A DNA stretch of 63,819 nucleotides, filler included, from Conidiobolus incongruus B7586 (lineage: Eukaryota), in assembly GCA_000697335.1 (NCBI GenBank). It is 7 parts of 7 records of this genome, joined end to end, with 100 filler letters (N's around TTAATTAATTAA, not from the genome) between each part and the next. Parts side by side here need not be neighbours in the genome. Positions count along the whole stretch, not along the records: positions 10,421 to 24,004 come from JNEM01000180.1; positions 24,105 to 34,172 come from JNEM01000181.1; 5 more parts are not named here. The stretch is one strand, 5' to 3'. Positions 13,378 to 27,396 of this stretch are shown here, piece after piece. The notes beneath the pieces were generated by a model, which was given only the letters and a program-made list of their open reading frames with translations, had not been told where the DNA came from and ran no database searches. Each line of letters begins with the position of its first letter. Position 1 is the stretch's first letter. Position numbers and translations under genes: made by a program.

Positions 13378-14346
13378 TTATTTCTCAGAGTTGATCTCGA
13401 TATTAATCAATTTAAAGAATTGATTCTTCAGTTTAGCGTTTAAAGAAAGGAGGAGTAAAGTATTAATCATTGGATTCATGCTCATTAGTAAGAAGCTCAA
13501 AAAGTCAAGATGAAGGCTTCTAGATTCTTCGGTGATCAATTCCACGCATGCATTAATGACCATAAGGGTATAACTGAGGATATTGAAGCCACAAATAACA
13601 ATAGAGCGGTAAAATACAGTGCGATTGGAAGGTAAATTCAAAATAAGCCGCTTGACACTGCTGATCTGGCTCATTTCTACATCTTCAGAGCTTAAGATTA
13701 AGGATGATTTAAATTTGATGTAGCAAATTGACATATAGCAAAATGTTGTGAGTACGAGTGAAAGTGTGCCTTTGAGAAAAATATCTCCAATGATTACTTT
13801 GGAAAAAGTGTTTTTGGGATCGAATAAACAGTAGCAACCTGCGTTTTGTACCTTAAATTTGCCAAACCAGAATCCTAAGACGTCTAATAATAGATGTGAC
13901 CCAAATACCACTGCCATTGCAATATAGAATTGAATTTGGTTGAGATATTGATTTAGCCCGATTTTCATGTATCTCTCAATGCTAATGAAACAAATTGAAT
14001 AAATTGAATTATGAAAACAAAAGATGAACAACAAGGCAAATGTTTTGCATCTTTGCTCATCAGATGTAATGATCTGAAATGGAGTGAGATTGAAAATACC
14101 AATCAACATTAAGCTTAGGGAACTTAGGAAGTCGAAAAATATAAGTACTGTGCTAAGTTTCTCATCCAATGTAAGAGAATGTCGTCGCATACCACGTATC
14201 AATATGAATAGGATGGATCCTGTTAGCAGAATGCTCGGGATGGACAAGATTAGTGAGTTAGCTGCCAAAATAGTTGAATATGGATGCGCTTTTTGAATAA
14301 TTTTTTCCACTTCTAATTTCCATTCATCTTTAGTTAAGTCACTCAT
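13378..14346 (-). CDS. Intronless rhodopsin-like (class A) 7TM receptor
   Basis: Seven hydrophobic segments, TM3 end SICFISIERY (D/ERY motif), ECL2 Cys (GCYC) and TM7 NPMINTLL followed by a helix-8-like LNAKLKNQF. First ATG is at 14346. Confidence 0.8.
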   Translation of the reverse strand: MSDLTKDEWKLEVEKIIQKAHPYSTILAANSLILSIPSILLTGSILFILIRGMRRHSLTLDEKLSTVLIFFDFLSSLSLMLIGIFNLTPFQIITSDEQRCKTFALLFIFCFHNSIYSICFISIERYMKIGLNQYLNQIQFYIAMAVVFGSHLLLDVLGFWFGKFKVQNAGCYCLFDPKNTFSKVIIGDIFLKGTLSLVLTTFCYMSICYIKFKSSLILSSEDVEMSQISSVKRLILNLPSNRTVFYRSIVICGFNILSYTLMVINACVELITEESRSLHLDFLSFLLMSMNPMINTLLLLSLNAKLKNQFFKLINIEINSEK

Positions 14347-16474
14347 AACCAAGAAAAACCAACTTTACTGAAACTTAGTCATTCTCCAATTATTTAACCT
14401 CAATTTAAACCAATATTCAAAAGTTCTAAGAAATTCTTAGAATTTTCATCAAATTCTAATTAATTTAATATTTAGTTTCAAGATTCATTTTCATTAAACT
14501 AGTCAATTGAATTTTTTATTAATTAAATTAAACAAGTAAAGGGGTAAAAATGCTAAATCAAAATATACTACCACTTCAACAAGTTTGTATAATTTAGGTC
14601 AGAAATTTTTAAATTCAATTTTTTAAAGCTATTTTTCACTTATAAAATTTACGATTCAAATATTAATATATAATATAGTATAGTTAAATTGGTCTTTATA
14701 TTAAAATTGACATATATAATATTCTTTTCAAATATTGTAATATTTATTTTCAAGTTTCAGAAATTTTCAATTGAAATATATAATCTTACTAAAACAGAGA
14801 TAGTATTAATTTGATATATATTAACCATTATTTATTTACTGGAGTTTAATATGGATATATAAATAAACTAATCAGTATATTAATAACAGTTTCCATTATT
14901 GATTATTTGCTGATTTTATTTTATATATTTAGTTCTAATCATATTATTGAAATCTAAGAATATTAAATTTCTAAATACAAGCTATGTATCAATGTTTGAT
15001 GTCGTCATTATGACTTGTAAATATGAATAAGTAATACACTAGTCAAATAAGATCAATAATATATAATTCTAATTAATATATTAAAAATAAAAAACACAAA
15101 TTTTAGAATTTTATAATAAGGTTTAATATTATTTAAATCCATTTTTGGCTTTGATTTAGTTTTTAATTAAAGTTGTATAAAAAATAAAAATATTTTTAAT
15201 AATATTTGAACAGTTTTATAAATTCTATTAATTTCAAATTAAATATGAAATATTAGGTATATCATTTCTTTGTCATTTTGATTTAAATTTTAAACATATT
15301 TTTAATAATTAAATATAATTATCCTTATTGATTAAAACAATTCAATATTGATATTCAAAATACACTATATAATTAAACTTGATATTTCTCAGAAGGATAT
15401 TCTTCTTACACATATCTATGTATATTAATGTGGAAGGTTAAATAAACTTATTTAATTGAAACAATCTAAGATATACTTTGTCTCTCATTTTTAAATTTTT
15501 GACTCTTAAATATTAAAAATATTGAAGTTTTAATTCAAATTATGATTGTTAACAATGCTTATTATTCTAATTAATCCATTTTGATATTGACAATATATAT
15601 ATATATTATAATATTTTTAATACAATTTCATCATACACTGATTGTTCAACAAAATATTTTATATACAACACTAAAAACTTGGTTGAATTTATAATAAATT
15701 ACTAAATCAATAATCTGCAAATTTAATGTTTGATCAAATCAAACCACTTCTGTATTCCTAATTGAATTATATTTATTAAAAAATAGTATATTAATCAAAT
15801 AATGGATTGGGGTATGTCATATCATTTTCATTATATTGTATTTGTTATCTTCAATATTTGAATTGAAAAAGTGCCAATATCTGTAGATATTATACCTTAT
15901 TTCTGTGACTGACTCTTTGTAACAAATTTAATAATTCTAGTAAGTTTGATGAGCTTGTACAATATATTTTTGAAAATATCATAAATAAATTAACTGCTAT
16001 ATTTAAAAGCTAATAACCAAAATATTATATAGTGTTTTTTGTAAATATTAATTTTTTGATTTATTTAAGGATGAAATTTTATTTCATTTTTAATTAATTT
16101 TAAAATTTATATTTTTAACTAATGTGATAGTTCCCATTTAGTGTTATCACTATTATATATTTCTATCATCAATCTTAAGGTATTTAGGTATTAGAATTCT
16201 GATAATCGAATATAAAATGTGACTGTATATTATGTAAAAACCATCAATTGACAATTTTGCATATTGCATTTATTAAATGCAAACGTTTTATATAAATCGA
16301 TTTTGATTGCTGTACTTAATACGTTTAGTTTTCTTAAAATCCACTAAGAATTATCAATTTATATTTAAAATATTTAATAATATTTTATATCTGCCAGGTA
16401 AAGAGGTTATTTGTAGTCAAAATGTATCATTGTTTTGAAATGTAAACTAATTGCATTTAATACAAGATTACAGA

Positions 16475-18546
16475 ATGCCACCTATAGATGATTTTAAATT
16501 ACCAAAACAAGGTGAGTATAATTATTACAACTTTCAATATTACTTCAATTAAATTATCAAATATTAGCCATTAAAAAGTATAAGCGATCATCAGTAAATT
16601 AACTATACTTTATAATGCATATGTATCTACTAATATTACCTTACAAGAGTTTCAAACCAAATTCAATAACTCAGGTAATATTGTCCTTGTTTAAATATTT
16701 AATTTCTTATCATGATTTTAAGAAATCAAAAATTCAAAATGATCAAAATCTAAATCAAAATCAAATTGAAAATGCCTCCACTTTAAATTGGGTAACAAAT
16801 TATTCAATACAATAATATTCAACTTTTAATTTTCATTTTTTCAATAATTCTGAATTATGCATCGAATAATTATCAAATAAATTTTAGGTATAATAAAAAT
16901 TTAATGTAAAAATATATCTGGTACCCTTAATCAATTAAACAGAAAAATACAATTCAATTTGATGAATTTCAAAATAACTTTCATCCAGTCAATGAGTTAT
17001 TTAATAATCGCAATGTTATTGAGGTTGAAACAGTTGTAACTATTATCATTTTCAACATCAGCTTATCATTTTATAGCAAAGAAGAAAATTGGATATTGAA
17101 TCTAATACTTCACCTTTAATAAATATGTCAAAACAGCAATTTGCTATCAATATAAATGTAAACTAGCATGCTTACTCAGTTATTGAAATTAATTTTAAAT
17201 AGAATAATTTCAAATTTCGACCTGAATCAAAAAAGTCATCGAAAAACAATTTATCAAATTCCTCGAGCTATATTTTTAATAATGTAACCATGGATCATTT
17301 AGCTTCAAAAAATATATTTAACGTTTATAGGAAAATACAATTCTATCTACTAGTCAACAATCAATTAATTTATTTAATCAAGAGTCTCTTTTTAAAGTTG
17401 ATAAAATCTATAATCTTTATATAAACATTAAATATTTAATCCCAATTAGGAGAAAGTATATTTAAATAATGGTTTATATATTCCGGTGATAAAGAATACA
17501 TTTAACGAACAGAGATTATCAAATGTTAATATAATATAAATATATTATGTCAGATTAGATTCTAAAAATTGAACAGGAAAATTTGAAGACAGGTATTGAA
17601 TCAAATCTTCTCCATTTACCCAATATCCCCCAGCAAGAAAATAAGTCAAGAATTCCAGTGAGTAAAATTTCATTTTTAGAAAGTAGTAGATATAAAATTT
17701 TTATAGGACAGCTTAAAAATGGCAACTGAATCAACAAATAGTACTACATCTATTACAGTTAGTCCACTAAGTATTATTCCAACTGATGTAATTGGATTCT
17801 AAATAATCATTTATTGTAATTAAACTATTTATAGTTTAATATTAAAACCACAACAGAAATCACAGAAAGGCCTTTAATACCAAAGAAACATAAGTTCAAT
17901 ATCACTGAAGCAGATGTATCTTAATGCGCCATATTCAAAATATTATATTAAGTTTCTTTAGAATCTAAAAAATTCGACTAAATCAGTAAACTCACCAATA
18001 ATGAATTTGATTAATGGACCAAATAAAATTAAAGCTAACGTAATTTAAAATCAAAATAATCAATATCACTTAATGTATTTTTAGGAAAATATTAAACCAA
18101 ATATTGAATCAAATCAGCATATAGCATATGAATGGGAAAAACTGAAGAAAGACATTTTCAATTTAGAAAAGCAAATGATTCAACTGATCATTCAAAGCTA
18201 TAATATCTACCTGGAAAATAATCCGACAATCGAGGATGTATCAGTATTTTCTAAACTAGCTACTAGCTTTAAAGAATGCTATATTTTAAAATCCTCCAAT
18301 CTCCATTCGCGCCCTGATCATAATTGGATTATAAAACTATGTATAGAGTGCAATGTAACCGAAACTATCATTAAATTCATAATCAGATTGGCTATCAGAG
18401 TAGACGATATCATGACATCAAAAAAGTTTGAGAAATGTAAACTGATCTTGAAAATTTTAGATTATAAAAAGTTAGCAGAATTGCCGGATGGAGATTGGCA
18501 GTTGTTAGAAAAGAAATTCATTGATATTTGTAATATTTTTCAATAA
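16475..18546 (+). CDS. Intron-dense unknown gene: many tiny Asn/Ser/Lys-rich exons then a helical last exon (may be partly pseudogenised)
   Basis: ATG 16475 MPPIDDFKLPKQ|gtgagt; in-frame micro-exons 16568-16593, 16648-16674 and 16723-16791; long terminal exon ~18085-18546. The full exon chain could not be closed by eye. Confidence 0.45.
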
Positions 18547-19029
18547 TCAAGAATTATTAGGTTAATATCAATTCCTGTGATCTATTGCTTAAATTCTTCT
18601 CAATTCTAAAAATATTATTTATATTTATATCTGGAATATGAATGATATATGGCAATTATCTCAATATGTTTGAATCTCGAATAAAATGGAATTCTTTCAA
18701 ATGTATCAATCTATCATGGTTAAATAAATTATATTTAAAATAATTATTTTGTAAATGAATAAATAGACATTAATGAATCAATCTTTATAGTCGAAATATT
18801 AATAATTTATGAGTAAAATATCTGTCATACTAATTAATGAGTGAATATTGATCTGATTTTGACAAAACCATTTATTAGATACAAATTTTTATGATTATTA
18901 GATTTTAACTCATTAAATTTAATTATGCTCAATTGAAATAAACATACTATGTAAACCATGCTAAGTTTGGACCTGTAATATAATATCTAATTTGAATTAA
19001 TGTTAATATGGGATTTTATCAATCTTTCA

Positions 19030-20860
19030 GAATTGGAAGATATTTCATTTGAATGAGTTTCGTCTAAGAACTTTGCAAAGATTGAGGTTACCTCAAACTC
19101 TATCAATAAAATATACACACAAATAACGATAAATTGATCAATTTGTTATTATACGAATCAATCATTCCCAATGACTTTTGGCTTGGAATTTGTTCTTACT
19201 AATGAGTAAATTTACTAGATAAATTTAAAAATACCTGTTAGCACTTGATAGTGGTGAAAATATGAAGGCACCTACATAATTGATTCTTAGAAGAAATGCA
19301 CCTGTGTACAAATTAAAGGATCCTCAAGCTAAAAATGACTCTTTTGTTCTCCCTTAAATCAAGTTTTACAATGGAGATGTATATCAGCTTTATTGAATAG
19401 CTCATATGAGAATATTGTTAATATATTCGATATTTCAAAGTATAATGTGGTGAGGTACAATTGGATAGATCATGCATGGGTAGCTGTAATTAAATATTTG
19501 AGCTTGTATCTAAATAATATCCTTTTTATGCTGAACTTAAAGAAGATTTTAATCAAAATCACTAAAGATTTAAATTACCATTTGAAAGATTATATTCCAG
19601 TTATGCTTGATGGTGGAATATTGAACAATTAGTCCCATGCGAAACAGAAGATTATGTCAGTTCATATTTTTGACCTGTTTGTATTTAACATCTCCTTTGT
19701 TATATCAGTTAGGTTTGGTTTATCTGAATACAAGTTGCAAAGTATTTTATAAAGTAATTTGTTTTCTTAGTGTATATTGTACCACTATATTACCTTTTTA
19801 TATAGTATAATGGGTGGAAGTTTCCTAATAACTTGAATATTTTCCCTACTTTATTGAAATCATAATATGATTTACCTTAAGGTAAATATATTTATCATTA
19901 CTAATCCCATATAATCCATTATTCAAAATTATCTTGCCAAGAATGAATCAATAGTATATAAATCGTATTATTTTCCATTTTGTTACCAGGCTCTCATCAA
20001 GGGAAAATTGATACAAATGGACATGAATAATTTGCAATAATACTAATAATCTCGTTCCTTCCATTCTATTACCAATTTCAGTTACTATATATGAGAATTC
20101 TCGATTTATTTTTGGCGTTTTAAGCACATGATACATATATATATCGAAGCAGTAAATATTTTGATATTTTGAAGTATAGAAATAGTATTCTGCACAAAAC
20201 AGTTCATCCGATTGACAAAACATAAATTTTATTGATCATATACCCGTAATCCATTTCAAAAAGCGTTTATGGATAAGTTTTACATACTTTATAAGACTAA
20301 GGAAATTTGATCAAGTTCAAATGGTATGAAGTTAGATAAAGGAATAATAATTATTGTTTATTGTATATGATATACTAACAATATTTAGTCGAATCAAGGT
20401 TTTTAGTAATCAATTTCAATTTAGTACAGGTGTTTTATAACAGCATCCATTAAGTACAAAATCAGTCACTATTAAAGATGTGCCTCCAATTATGCGTTGT
20501 ATTGAATTACATTCAAGTTAATGAGCTATTAATTGAGTTCAACCAGCTTGCATGCTTATTCCATTGCAATGGTCAAACAATGGGTTAGCATAATGATAAG
20601 AGAAACTTGTCGACAGGATCGTATAGCTAAATCTGGGTAATCCTGCAAAAGTATACTTTCGATGTAAGGAAACGGAAAAGTCAGTTTTGACTCTAATGCT
20701 ACAACACTTTGACAAATTGTTTATGGATGCTCTAGATTTCCAACAGAAATTCTTACACAGAGCGAAGCCGGAAGGATTCTGAATAAGTATGAAATTAAAT
20801 CAATTTGAATTTTATAACATGTTTAGCGTTTACGACTAGAAGGCTTACTCAACCTAAATT
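19030..20860 (+). pseudogene. Decayed multi-exon gene of unknown family
   Basis: Protein-like runs with in-frame stops (LDSGENMKAPT*LILRRNAPVYKLKDPQAKNDSFVLP*IKFYNGDVY; GKVSFDSNATTL*QIVYGCSRFPTEILTQSEAGRILN) bounded by GT/AG-like junctions. Confidence 0.35.
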
Positions 20861-22304
20861 AATTTAAATAGTTTTAAAAAATTTATTATTCTAACTTACA
20901 ATAACAAAGCGCTTTTAAGATATTTTATTTTTATTTGATATCTTCGTTGAGCCACTATGATTTCCTATCCAATTACCTCATTATTTAGTTCACAACCACT
21001 ATGATCTCTATTTCATTGTAATTGCGTTAGATATATATTGTATATGTGGCCTAAATGTGACAGATATAAATTTATGTAGTATAATAGATTAAAATATTAA
21101 GATCTTGTATATTTTATAATCGTTGACGAAATAATCTTGTTCAATTGATAATAATTTATATTTTGTAATTGTAATATTTATCTTGAAAAGATTATATAGC
21201 ATATTTAGAATTACATAATATTTTAATAGCATTCAATAATTTTCACAATTATTACTGGTTATAAGAACTATCACCATATATTTAAAAGTTGACAAAACTT
21301 TCCTATTATATATAGTTTTATAATTGGCGAATTATAATCGCTAATCCGTCTAATTATAATAATGAACGCATTTTTTTAATTCTAAATCATTCCACAGCTA
21401 TCATATCCAACTATTTGTCAAATCTGATTCATTTAAAAAGTTGAAAGATCAATTATTTTTGCTAGTCAATAACTGATAGGTTATAAATATATCTAAATTT
21501 TACATAGCTATTATACCTAACTTTTCTCAGTACTGTAATATACGTTTGGATATAAAATTTACTTTGAAAGGATAATAATTGGGCTTAGAAAGTTTAAGTT
21601 CGTTTTTAAATTGAAGAAAGGCTGATGCTGTAATCTTTGAAGTATAAAGGAGATATAATAATTAATAATATACTCATAATCCAATTATTATATAAAATAT
21701 ATAAAAATATATGTATTTTACTAAAAAATTATTGAATTTAAAGAAATTATATTATAATTTTTAAAATATTCAGTTATAAGGATCTAATGATTGAAAATCA
21801 TTTATTACTCGAATTATTGAATGGTTTTTTAGAGAATATATCTTAAAAAAATTAATCATTATTTCAATTTTTCAGTTATTAAAAAATATGATAGAGTTAA
21901 AATTTTTTATCAAGTATAAATATTTATACAATTTAATTAGATGGCAAAAAATTTCAAACTTTTATTTTTAATCTATATAATCAATTTAAAGAAGTTAATT
22001 TACAAATTTTCAAAGAATCTTACCTCAATTTAGGTAAATAATAGAGTTTTAAAAGTACGCCAAATTCTTATGAAACTAAAACTTTCCAAATTTAAATTTG
22101 AACACTTTTGGGTTGTTTGTTTGCAAATTGATTGGAATGAATAAAAAGATGTATTCAGAAATTGATTAAATCATTCTTTTCTTGCTAATCATTTTCAATT
22201 CATTTTTATTAGATTTTTATTTTACTATATGAATATATTATTTTATTAGTCATTTATTTTTCTTCATTAATCATATACTAATCTTGCATTTTATTTTCAT
22301 TCAT

Positions 22305-23242
22305 ATGACAACTGTTTTAAAAATTTTTAAAAATGTTTATACTTATAAATTATTATTAAATATTGTAAATATTTCAGTTTACTTAATTGTTGGTATAACG
22401 TCTATTATCAATTTGGTGAGGTATATAAACTTTGAAATAGAAAATAAAGACGATATTAATATTATCGGTATAAATTCTTTTACTTGGTAAGTTGATTGCA
22501 ATTTGATTGAATCTGTATTTACTTGGGGTTTAGTGCACTGTGTTTGTTGTTAATAACTTCTGAGTTTTATTTAAGTAGATTGGTTTTTGATTATTTGAAA
22601 TTTTTGTGTACATTTTTGGGTAGAGGACTCTTATTTTTGTTGTAAGATTAAAATTCGATCATATTAAAGAGGTACTAATTTGGTATTAGATTTGGGTTTA
22701 TGATATATCGTTTGAATTCGTTTAACGCTGGAGTCACTTATTATGTAATAGTTGTGGGTTTGTCATTTGTCATACTAAGTTTTTTCCCAAGTATTACACT
22801 GATGGAGGATGTTAGGAGCAATTGGAGGAGCTTTAAGGAGTACAGATCAGATAGTCAATCCAATTATTATTCTAGTTCGTCAAATCATCATAATCATCAC
22901 CAAAACAGTACCTCGCCAACTGGATCGATCACGCAAAGAATGTCCAATTATAGGGCCAATATGGCTACGCTAACGTCCGCTACGAAAGTTGGGTTTAAAC
23001 GGTTAGATTACCCAAGCGCCCCCATCCGGGCTGATCCTACCCAAGTTGCCACCAGCTCGCAACTTCAAGTGGAAAATTCCATCCTGAACCAAACTCTAAG
23101 CTACAATGATTTTACTCAACATCTCACAGTCACTCCGCCGGAAACAGAAACAACCACTACCCATCCAATCCGTACCATTTTCACTCATCCAATCCGAGTT
23201 CCTTCTCGTTATTACCAATATGGCAATTCCGCAATAGTTTAA
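22305..23242 (+). CDS. COPI-associated / Tvp15-like Golgi membrane protein with long disordered C-terminal tail, 3 exons
   Basis: Splicing at introns 22487-22533 and 22642-22689 gives ..CALCLLLITSEFYLSRLVFDYLKFLCTFLGRGLLFLLFGF.., matching the COPI_assoc pattern F-L-x-x-F-L-G-R-G. It joins in frame to the ORF at 22700. Confidence 0.75.
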
Positions 23243-24004
23243 CTCTAGGATAAAACTATCCCAATTATTTTAAATACTCAATTTGGACTAATATCTATTT
23301 TAATCTGGTTTCAATCCGACTTCTAAAACTTTTGACTTTTTAATTTAATCTATTAACCTATTCCGAGTTTGGATATAAACTTAAACCCTTTCATTTGACC
23401 AATCGAAGCCACTAGAGGGATTAATCAGATGCTTGTATAAGAGACAGTTAAAAATATAAATATAAGAAATATTTTAATATCAAAAAATTTCCTTCTATAT
23501 TAGTAAAAATAAAACGTTGACTATAATTTAAATTATTCACATAATATGTATTGTTTAACATTTATTATTAATTCTAATCTTAGAAAGAATAGATTTTTTA
23601 GATCAAGTTGATTGTTTATAAGATTCAATTCTTTTGTTAATATTATAACTATAAAATTGATTATTTGAATATTTACTTAGGTGATAGTAAATTGCTGATA
23701 AATCACAACATATTATTCATATATATTTTTACTTTGCTATTCCTATAATTAAAATAGGATAAATCATAATAGTTAATTAATTTAAATATTAATTAAATTA
23801 TTGTGAAATATATTTCTATAATATAAATATTGAATAATTAAATATATTGAACTTTTATAAGATTTTTTGTAAAATTTATAAACATTAAATATCAAATAAA
23901 TCAATATTTGAAACATAGATTATTTATTTATATTATTAACATAATAAAATTAAAAATATTATTAATTTAAAAGAATTATTAAATTAATAATATTTTAATT
24001 AGAA

Positions 24005-24104
24005 NNNNNNNNNNNNNNNNNNNNNNNNNNNNNNNNNNNNNNNNNNNNTTAATTAATTAANNNNNNNNNNNNNNNNNNNNNNNNNNNNNNNNNNNNNNNN
24101 NNNN
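24005..24104. other. Assembly linker
   Basis: N44-TTAATTAATTAA-N44. Confidence 0.97.
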
Positions 24105-24989
24105 ATTAATTAATAGTAAACTATATATATTTTTTAAATATAATTATTTTAATTGATGTTATTAATATAATTAAAGAAAACTAATTATTATATATAATAA
24201 TAATAATAAAATTTATAAAATTAAAATAATAAAAAAAATTACAAATTAAAAATAATTAAAGAAAACTATTATATCTAATATATTCTTTAGACTATAAACT
24301 ATATAATTATCAATATTTTAAGCAATTAAAAAATTAACTTATTATAAAGAAAATTTTTACAAAAAAATTTAATTAATTTATGAAATTATTAAACAAACTA
24401 TATAAGAATAGGAACATTGTTAAAATTATAGTAAAAAGATTATTAAAAATAAAAAAAATCAATTTTATATTATTTGTTAATTTTTATATTTTATATATTA
24501 AAATTTTTATTTTTTTATTTACAAAATATTCCCATTATTTAAATTAGAAAGTAATAAAATAATTTCATATTATATTGATCAATTTAGCTTGAAAATTAAA
24601 AGAAAATTGTATATATGTAAAAATATCTTAGGTTATATAGAATAGATATTATTATATAATAGCAACTCTTTTAAAAAACAAATCTCATACCTAATCTTTT
24701 GATTTATTATTAATTTACCTAATAATTAAATATCCAATTATATACTCTTGATTCCTCAAGAAAAATTCATTAGTCTCGTAATTAACTTTAAATGCATATA
24801 AATTATATTATTTATCAATCGTAGCTTGTAAATTATCTTGCAATTAATATGTTAATTATAAAATTATCAAAATTTAATTATCTATTCATAATTATTTTTA
24901 ATATATTGATCCATATCAATATAGAAATTCCGTCCTTTTGATATATTACCACCAATCGAAAAATTTAAAAACTTATTTTAAAAAAATTA

Positions 24990-26288
24990 TTATTTTACAA
25001 AGTTTCAAGGATGAAGGTATTGACTAGGTATTGGTATTTACAATTGATAGGCTTTATATATCTTTCTATCATTATTAACTGGTTAAATTAAGATTAGTTG
25101 ACAAAGTGTTACGTAATTAGTTAAAGCCATTAATATTTTCCAAATTATCTGTACCAAATTATTTTTTGAGATCTTAAATATTCAATTACCCAGATTCTAT
25201 TCAAGATCAGCTAATTACTAAATTTCTTAGTCAAATAAAACCAATTAGAAAATATATCTCATCAATTGACTTGATATCTTTACAGAGTAAAAATTATAGT
25301 TCATTATTTAAAACTTGTATTAATATAAGTAAATTATCATTGAATATGATGGATATTCAATTGTCCATATTTAATTTGTTTATCAATCAACTTCATTCAG
25401 TCTAAAGTTTAGAATTAATTAAAACTGTAGTTTTAAAAGTTAATGACAAGATGATAGTCAATATTTTCAACTACCTACCAAATTGATAGTTTAAATCTAG
25501 GCGATTGCAACTGGGGTTTACTTAGCGAAATCAGCAATTATTCCTATTTTAGTATCAATGCAGACGAATTAAATCCTTGTTCATATCTACAAGCCTCTCA
25601 AACTACATATTGATACTTATCAAAAACGGTATTCTTTAGAGAATTCAGAAACACAACTTTAATAAAAAGTTTTTTAAATAACAATCCTCAATTGGAATCT
25701 TTAGATCTTCCAAATCATATAGTCAATATAGATACTATTCAATTCCTTACCCATTTGAACAAATTGAAAACATGCGATATTGCTGATTTGCATATAAATG
25801 GCCTGAATCTCTATGAAATGAAACTACCTCAATTGAAATTAGTAAATGAGTTAAAATTGAGAAATGTTGGTAGTATTAAAAGCTGGTAAAATATGGAATA
25901 TCTTTGTCTCCAATGCCCTAGGGTGAAAGAATTAAAGCTTGTGTTCCTTCAGAATCGCACTCATCATATTAGGACCATATTTAAACACTTGCTTCACATT
26001 CATCATCTCACTCTCGAACATAATCACCATTCTGGATCTTTCTTCAGGCATAAATTAGCTAATCCATCAATTTCTGATCTTGAACTAATTGGCTTTAATC
26101 CTTTGAGAGTGAATTTGAAATTCCTGACAAATTGGACAAATTTAAGTCATATTACAATAGATATGATAGATAAGCATTGGTCTAGTTTAAACCATGTTCA
26201 GAATCTTTTTCATTAATTTACAACATAGAAGTTTATGATTATTTATAAAATTACCCAATTATGCAAAATTCACCAAAAACTAAAATAG
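24990..26288 (+). pseudogene. Pseudogene copy of the F-box-like/LRR family
   Basis: ID*VLVF..HY*LVKL..LRN*LKP aligns with NWLTIF..HEQLVEL..LRQKFKP of the 27397 gene. Its end FH*FTT*KFMI aligns with FNQFTNWKFLI. Stops at 25025, 25076, 25118, 25887 and 26214, plus frameshifts. Confidence 0.8.
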
Positions 26289-27396
26289 TTGAATTTAAAA
26301 AATTGGAAATAATTAATAAATTTATATTAGTGCTAAAATTAATTCCAAACTTTTATATTAATAATATCAATTGAATGGAAATTAAAATCTTTCAAATTTT
26401 AAATTGAAATTTAAAAATATTGTTATAAATTTCAGTGATGGAATATATCAGTTGTTATAAATTGATTTAGAAACAAAATTTATAAAAAGGTAGATGACTA
26501 GCATATATAATTTGTTGTATTATTTTTATAATCCTCATAATTTATATCATAATATGATTTGATTATTTATTTTAGTTTATCAAATATTCAATTTAAAAAA
26601 TTTTTCTTATGGTTATAGCCTTTTTGCATTATCTTTTATCATTATTCTCATATAAAATGAGTTTGATAATAATAAAACCATGTATAATGAGTATGAGTTT
26701 ATATCTAATTTATATAATTAAAAATAAGCATTTAAGATATTAATAATATATTATGATAAACACAAAAAATTCATTTCAAAATAAAAAATCCAACACAACT
26801 AAATGTATGTCATAATATCAAAATCAATTTAAGTCTGACCATTAATGAAATGATCCATTTTTAGTACAAATAAAACTTATTTAATTTTCATATAATAAAA
26901 TCTAGGATAGTTAATTCAAGTACTTAAAATACTTGAAATGTATTTAAAATGAGTTTAATTATCAAAATCACAATATTGAAAAACTATCATTTGAACATAT
27001 AAGAATCATTCAGTTTGTAGTCAACGAGAAACAACTCTCATTTACACCTAAGTTTCAATCGTGGATTAATGATATAATATTGTAATATATATACTGCAAT
27101 GATTGCATATTAGTACTATTTACTCTTCTATTTATTACAATTATTAATAGATTTGAATATTTAAGAAATACAATATGCTATTTCAACTTATTTGAGTATA
27201 CCTATATTAAATATTATGCAAAAATAATTTTCGGAGAAATATGTATATTTTATAAGTTTTTTATTTCTATCAAATCATTATTTTGAGATTTAAGGTTGAA
27301 TTAACTTCCTAACTAATATCCCATATATTAGATAAAACATTAAGGGGTATAACTAACTTTTGACTTTGAATGGAAATATGATCAAGTAATAAAAAT

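Noticed and set aside
13378..13520. GPCR as a type II opsin
   Set aside because: The position matching the retinal-binding TM7 lysine is not Lys (LLMSMNPMIN).
20600..20660. SF1 helicase (Sen1/Upf1-like) from LNLGNPAKV
   Set aside because: Single short motif with no Walker A/B in a consistent frame.
25025..26216. TAA/TAG-to-Gln genetic code reassignment, suggested by in-frame stops and the odd tRNA-Gln
   Set aside because: Conserved genes (TBCE, NAA10, CHS5, PNS1) have no internal TAR and end in TAA/TAG. The tRNA anticodon is UUG, and some stops replace Trp.
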